Positions 7,088 to 10,591 of a DNA stretch of 10,591 nt are shown in pieces. A model generated the notes under the pieces. The model saw nothing but the letters and a program-made list of their open reading frames with translations. It did no database searches and had not been told where the DNA came from. Every line of letters starts with the position of its first letter. Position 1 is the first letter of the stretch. This DNA is from a candidate division WOR-3 bacterium (GTDB taxonomy: Bacteria > Hydrothermota > Hydrothermia > JBDRYB01). The stretch lies in contig JBMFOM010000071.1 of the NCBI GenBank assembly GCA_049969615.1, positions 1 to 10,591 of the forward strand, given 5' to 3'. The translations under genes were made by a program, and so were the position numbers.

Positions 7088-7604
7088 GATTGACTTTCCC
7101 CCGGACACGGGGTTACTATCCATAAGAACGCCTGTCGGTCAGTTTTGGATAATGTTCTTTGCCGGAGAATTCAACTGGGCGAGGTGGGATATTTCCAACC
7201 GCAGGATGATGCATCGGCCGCGAGAGCTATCGGATGCCTCGCGCAGGCTCATCAAAGAGCTGAGAAAATATTTCAAAACAGGGGCGTGGGATCTCTCGTG
7301 GTTCACCCTGCCTGAGCCCCTCCCCCTTATCCTCCCTGAGGGCGCGCGTGAGACCTTTGCCTACCTCAAAAACAATGTGGGGCCTGGTCAAATCATAACC
7401 TACCGCGAGCTGGCTGAAGAGCTTGGCATAAACCAGAGGGTTATAACCGTGGCTCTACAATATAACCCCTGGCCGGTAGTGATCCCATGCCACAGGGTCA
7501 TAAGGTCGGATGGGAAGATAGGGGGATACCTCAGGGGCCACGAGGAAAAGAAATACTGGCTACTCCGGTTGGAGGGGATAAGGTTCAAGCGCGAACCCTG
7601 GTGA
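7077..7604 (+). CDS. ogt: Methylated-DNA--protein-cysteine methyltransferase (Ogt/MGMT family), 175 aa
   Basis: GQIITYRELA HTH region, NPWPVVIPCHRV with the active-site Cys (TGC 7488-7490), GGY, KxxLLxLEG; SD GGAGG (7067-7071) before ATG 7077; overlaps purM by 11 nt. Confidence 0.92.
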   Translation: MDFEIDFPPDTGLLSIRTPVGQFWIMFFAGEFNWARWDISNRRMMHRPRELSDASRRLIKELRKYFKTGAWDLSWFTLPEPLPLILPEGARETFAYLKNNVGPGQIITYRELAEELGINQRVITVALQYNPWPVVIPCHRVIRSDGKIGGYLRGHEEKKYWLLRLEGIRFKREPW

Positions 7605-7616
7605 TGAGCTTCCCCT

Positions 7617-7646
7617 TTGCAGTTCCATCGCGGCCGCCCTTAAACT
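7617..7646 (+). promoter_or_regulatory. Putative sigma70 promoter for mfd
   Basis: TTGCAG (7617-7622), 18-nt spacer, TAAACT (7641-7646), then 7 nt to TTG 7654. Confidence 0.6.
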
Positions 7647-7653
7647 ATTCGGG

Positions 7654-10428
7654 TTGATAGAGGCCCTCGGGCCGGTTGAGGAGTTGTTTCACCTGGACTC
7701 CCGGTGGCCCTCCGGGTTCAAGAGCGTGATACTCGCCCGGATTGCCCGGGAGAGAGGGGGTGTTTTTTATTCGCCGGAGGATACCGACACGATTGATGTT
7801 GAACGGGAGCTCTCCTCATTCGGTATTGTCGTGGCAGTTGTGGGCAAGGACTGGGAGGAGACCATCGCGCCAGGCAGGCCCGTTGTGTTCATCGGTACCC
7901 AGGCCGACATCCCCCTTGTCCTCAGGAAGCTTGACGCGCTGAGGTTCATTCGCATAGCCCCGGGCGCCCATATTCCCCCTGAGGATCTTACCCAAACCCT
8001 CTCGGAAAGGGGTATGACCAGGGTTGATTTCGTGGAACTACCCGGCGAGTTTTCCCGGCGCGGTGGCATAATTGACCTGTTTCTCCCGTCCGCGGGGTCT
8101 CCCGTGAGGATTGAGTTCGTTGGAGAGAGGGTTGAGTCCATGCGAGAGTTCTCGGTTCTCTCCCAGAGGTCAACCGGGCCCGCGGACGAGCTCTGGCTTC
8201 CAGATCCCCGCGGGGCGAGGCTTGGTATTGGGGAACTGATCCATATACACGAGGAACCCTCCAATCCCCTCATGTTTGATGTCCAGGCAACTCCGGATTC
8301 GGGGAGAGATGTTGCTGTCTTCTACAGGGAGGCTAGGGCTTTGGCGAGCAGGGGCTATGATATTCACTTCTTCACGCTTGAGGAGTGGCGATTCAGGAGG
8401 CTGAATGAGGTGGTTTCGTGCAAGTGGGTTAAGGGCGAGCTCAGGCACGGTTTCATCGTCCCTGACCTGCGCCTGGCTGGGCTGAGCTTGGGCGAGATAG
8501 TCACAACCGAACGGACTGCAACTCCTCACGGACCCCGCATAGAAAGCATAGAAGCCCTTCAGGAGGGAGATTTCGTCGTTCACATGGACTATGGCGTCGG
8601 AAAATACGCTGGCCTTGAGGTAGTGGAGGTCGGCGGTGGCCTTTATGAGTGTGTTGTGGTGGAATACGCGGACGGGAGATTGCTGGTTCCCTCGCAGGAC
8701 CTTTCCAGGCTCTCCAGATATGTTGGTCCAGAGGGCTTTTCTCCGCCAATATCCCATATCTCAAAACCAACCACCTGGCTCAGGAGACGTTCTGGGGCCG
8801 CGGCGGATGCGGCCCGGGTGGCCAGGGAGCTGGTCTTCACGGCGGCCCTCCGAAAATCAAAAGAAGGTTATGCGTTCAGTCCGGATACCCTGGAACAGCG
8901 CGAGCTAGAAATGGCCTTCCCGTTCCCGGAAACCCCTGACCAGGAAAAGGCCATAGAGGATGTCAAGCGCGACATGGAATCGCCGAGGGTAATGGAACGG
9001 CTTGTGGCGGGCGAGGTTGGATTCGGAAAAACAGAGGTCGCGCTGAGAGCCGCTTTCAAGGCAGTCATGGATTGCAAGCAGGTCGCCATACTCGTTCCCA
9101 CAACCCTGCTGGCCCTTCAGCATACCAGGACATTCCGGGAGAGGCTCTCTAGGTTTTCGGTGCGCGTTGAGATGATCTCCAGGCTCGTTCCACCTAGGAG
9201 GATAAGGGAAATACTGGATGGGCTCAGAACGGGAAGGGTTGACATAGCGATAGGGACTCACAGGCTCCTGGCAAAGGATGTTGTCTTCCACGACCTGGGG
9301 CTTCTTGTAATTGATGAGGAACACAGGTTCGGGGTTCGTCAGAAGGAACGGCTAAAGCGCCTCAAGATGACTGTTGACACCCTTTTGATGACTGCAACTC
9401 CAATTCCCAGAACCCTTTCCATGGCCCTGGGCGAGATCATTGATATGTCCGTCATTGAGACGCCACCGATGGGCAGGCAGGAGACAGAGACCTGGGTCGG
9501 CGAATTCTCCGAAAGGGTTGTCCGAACAGCGATAAACCAGGAGCTGAACCGGGGAGGCCAGGTCTTCTACATACGGAACAGGATAGAGGGGATACAGGAA
9601 ACCGAACGAATGCTACGTCGGATGTTCCCGGAGGCACGGATCAGGACAGTCCACGGAAGGCGCCCCGGAAGGGAGATAGAATCCGCGTTCCTTGACTTCT
9701 ACGAGGGAAAGATAGACATATTGCTCTCAACAGCCATAGTTGAATCCGGCATTGATTTTCCCAGGGCAAACACCCTCATAGTGGAGCAGGCTGAATTGTT
9801 CGGCCTCTCGGAACTGCACCAGCTCAGGGGCCGCGTCGGCAGGGGAACCGTGCGGGCAAGGGCATATTTCTTCACGGCCAGACAGCCGCGCGAGGGGACA
9901 AAAGCAAAAAGGAGGCTTGAGGCCCTCGCGAGATACCACTACATAGGCTCAGGCATGAAAATAGCCCTGGCCGATCTGGCAATAAGGGGTGCAGGAGACC
10001 TTCTGGGCGTGGCACAGCACGGCCACGCGAGGGGGGTGGGATACAGCTTGTATTTCAACCTGATAAGCGAGGCAATAGAACAGCTGACCGGCAGGGAGAT
10101 CAAACCAGAGACAAAGCTTGAGCTCTCCGCGCCCGCTTTCATCCCCGAGGCATACCTGCCTGACCCGACACTAAGAATGGCCTATTATACCAGGCTCTCC
10201 GAGGCCAGGACAGCCTACGAGATAGACGAGACCGAGGACGAGATGAGGGACAGGTTCGGCCCCCTGGCCCCTGAGGCCAGGAGCCTTCTTGACGCGCACA
10301 GGATAAGGCTCTGGGCACGCGATAAGGGCTACGATGGGGTCGTTTATTCTCCCGATCTGGTTGGGCTAAGAAAACACGGTAGGGAAGAGAACTGGCCAAC
10401 GGAGGAGATACTGAAAGAACTGCTTTAG
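7654..10428 (+). CDS. mfd: Transcription-repair coupling factor Mfd (short form, 924 aa)
   Basis: UvrB-homology segment (PGEFSRRGGIIDLF...PVRIEF), CarD-like RID (GDFVVHMDYGVGKY), Walker A GEVGFGKT, DEEHRFGV, TATPIPRTL, QLRGRVGR, TRG motif DLAIRGAGDLLG, C-terminal TRCF domain (DRFGP). Confidence 0.97.
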   Translation: MIEALGPVEELFHLDSRWPSGFKSVILARIARERGGVFYSPEDTDTIDVERELSSFGIVVAVVGKDWEETIAPGRPVVFIGTQADIPLVLRKLDALRFIRIAPGAHIPPEDLTQTLSERGMTRVDFVELPGEFSRRGGIIDLFLPSAGSPVRIEFVGERVESMREFSVLSQRSTGPADELWLPDPRGARLGIGELIHIHEEPSNPLMFDVQATPDSGRDVAVFYREARALASRGYDIHFFTLEEWRFRRLNEVVSCKWVKGELRHGFIVPDLRLAGLSLGEIVTTERTATPHGPRIESIEALQEGDFVVHMDYGVGKYAGLEVVEVGGGLYECVVVEYADGRLLVPSQDLSRLSRYVGPEGFSPPISHISKPTTWLRRRSGAAADAARVARELVFTAALRKSKEGYAFSPDTLEQRELEMAFPFPETPDQEKAIEDVKRDMESPRVMERLVAGEVGFGKTEVALRAAFKAVMDCKQVAILVPTTLLALQHTRTFRERLSRFSVRVEMISRLVPPRRIREILDGLRTGRVDIAIGTHRLLAKDVVFHDLGLLVIDEEHRFGVRQKERLKRLKMTVDTLLMTATPIPRTLSMALGEIIDMSVIETPPMGRQETETWVGEFSERVVRTAINQELNRGGQVFYIRNRIEGIQETERMLRRMFPEARIRTVHGRRPGREIESAFLDFYEGKIDILLSTAIVESGIDFPRANTLIVEQAELFGLSELHQLRGRVGRGTVRARAYFFTARQPREGTKAKRRLEALARYHYIGSGMKIALADLAIRGAGDLLGVAQHGHARGVGYSLYFNLISEAIEQLTGREIKPETKLELSAPAFIPEAYLPDPTLRMAYYTRLSEARTAYEIDETEDEMRDRFGPLAPEARSLLDAHRIRLWARDKGYDGVVYSPDLVGLRKHGREENWPTEEILKELL

Positions 10429-10579
10429 GCGGTGATCCGAACACGGGCCAGATCCGGGCACCCGTGCCGGGCTTGGCAAAAATCTCCGGGCCCTCTGAGA
10501 GCTCAGCGGCAAACGGTGATCCTTCACCCGGCTGGCCTCTAGCTGGCCCCTGATTGACCACTTGCCTTATTCTCTGGGT

Positions 10580-10591
10580 ATGAAGGAGAGG
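10580..10591 (+). CDS. Possible start of the next gene (MKER...), cut by the window edge
   Basis: ATG at 10580 has TATTCT (10568-10573) 6 nt upstream, the same geometry as other first genes in the window. Only 4 codons are visible. Confidence 0.35.

Noticed and set aside
7047..7095. AGATTGACT repeated at the purM/ogt junction as a target-site duplication
   Set aside because: Only 9 bp, both copies lie in coding sequence (KIDW/EIDF), and no element lies between them.
10430..10560. GC-rich intergenic region after mfd with short palindromes and faint resemblance to 93-160
   Set aside because: Stems are 5 bp or less with no U-tract; shared words are 7 nt or shorter and expected by chance in GC-rich DNA.
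403..10561. Minus-strand and alternate-frame ORFs (e.g. 3099-3602, 4134-4592, 6644-7123, 7767-8273, 8170-8757, 10139-10561)
   Set aside because: They overlap well-supported + strand genes and have no motifs; shadow ORFs expected at this GC content.

Overview
Bacterial window with all credible genes on the + strand. It is mostly housekeeping: a small putative lipoprotein, an LptD-type outer-membrane LPS assembly protein, the ferredoxin (delta) and alpha subunits of a 2-oxoacid:ferredoxin oxidoreductase with no beta/gamma subunit alongside, a small uncharacterised ORF or leader, purF-purM, an Ogt/MGMT-family alkyltransferase and a shortened Mfd. LptD implies a diderm organism. Its C-terminal RDLHCW motif and very short signal peptide suggest an FCB-group lineage such as WOR-3, which is inference only. 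I cannot support a complete novel multi-gene system here. The main unexplained structure is non-coding: (i) a duplicated 29-bp hairpin repeat at the left edge resembling an IS200/IS605 right end or a REP-like unit; (ii) a recurring TANNNT box 6-10 nt before the first start codon of each transcription unit, without an SD, suggesting widespread leaderless expression; (iii) a ~120-bp intergenic segment closed by an imperfect inverted repeat; (iv) an unexplained ORF/leader sitting where korB would be expected.
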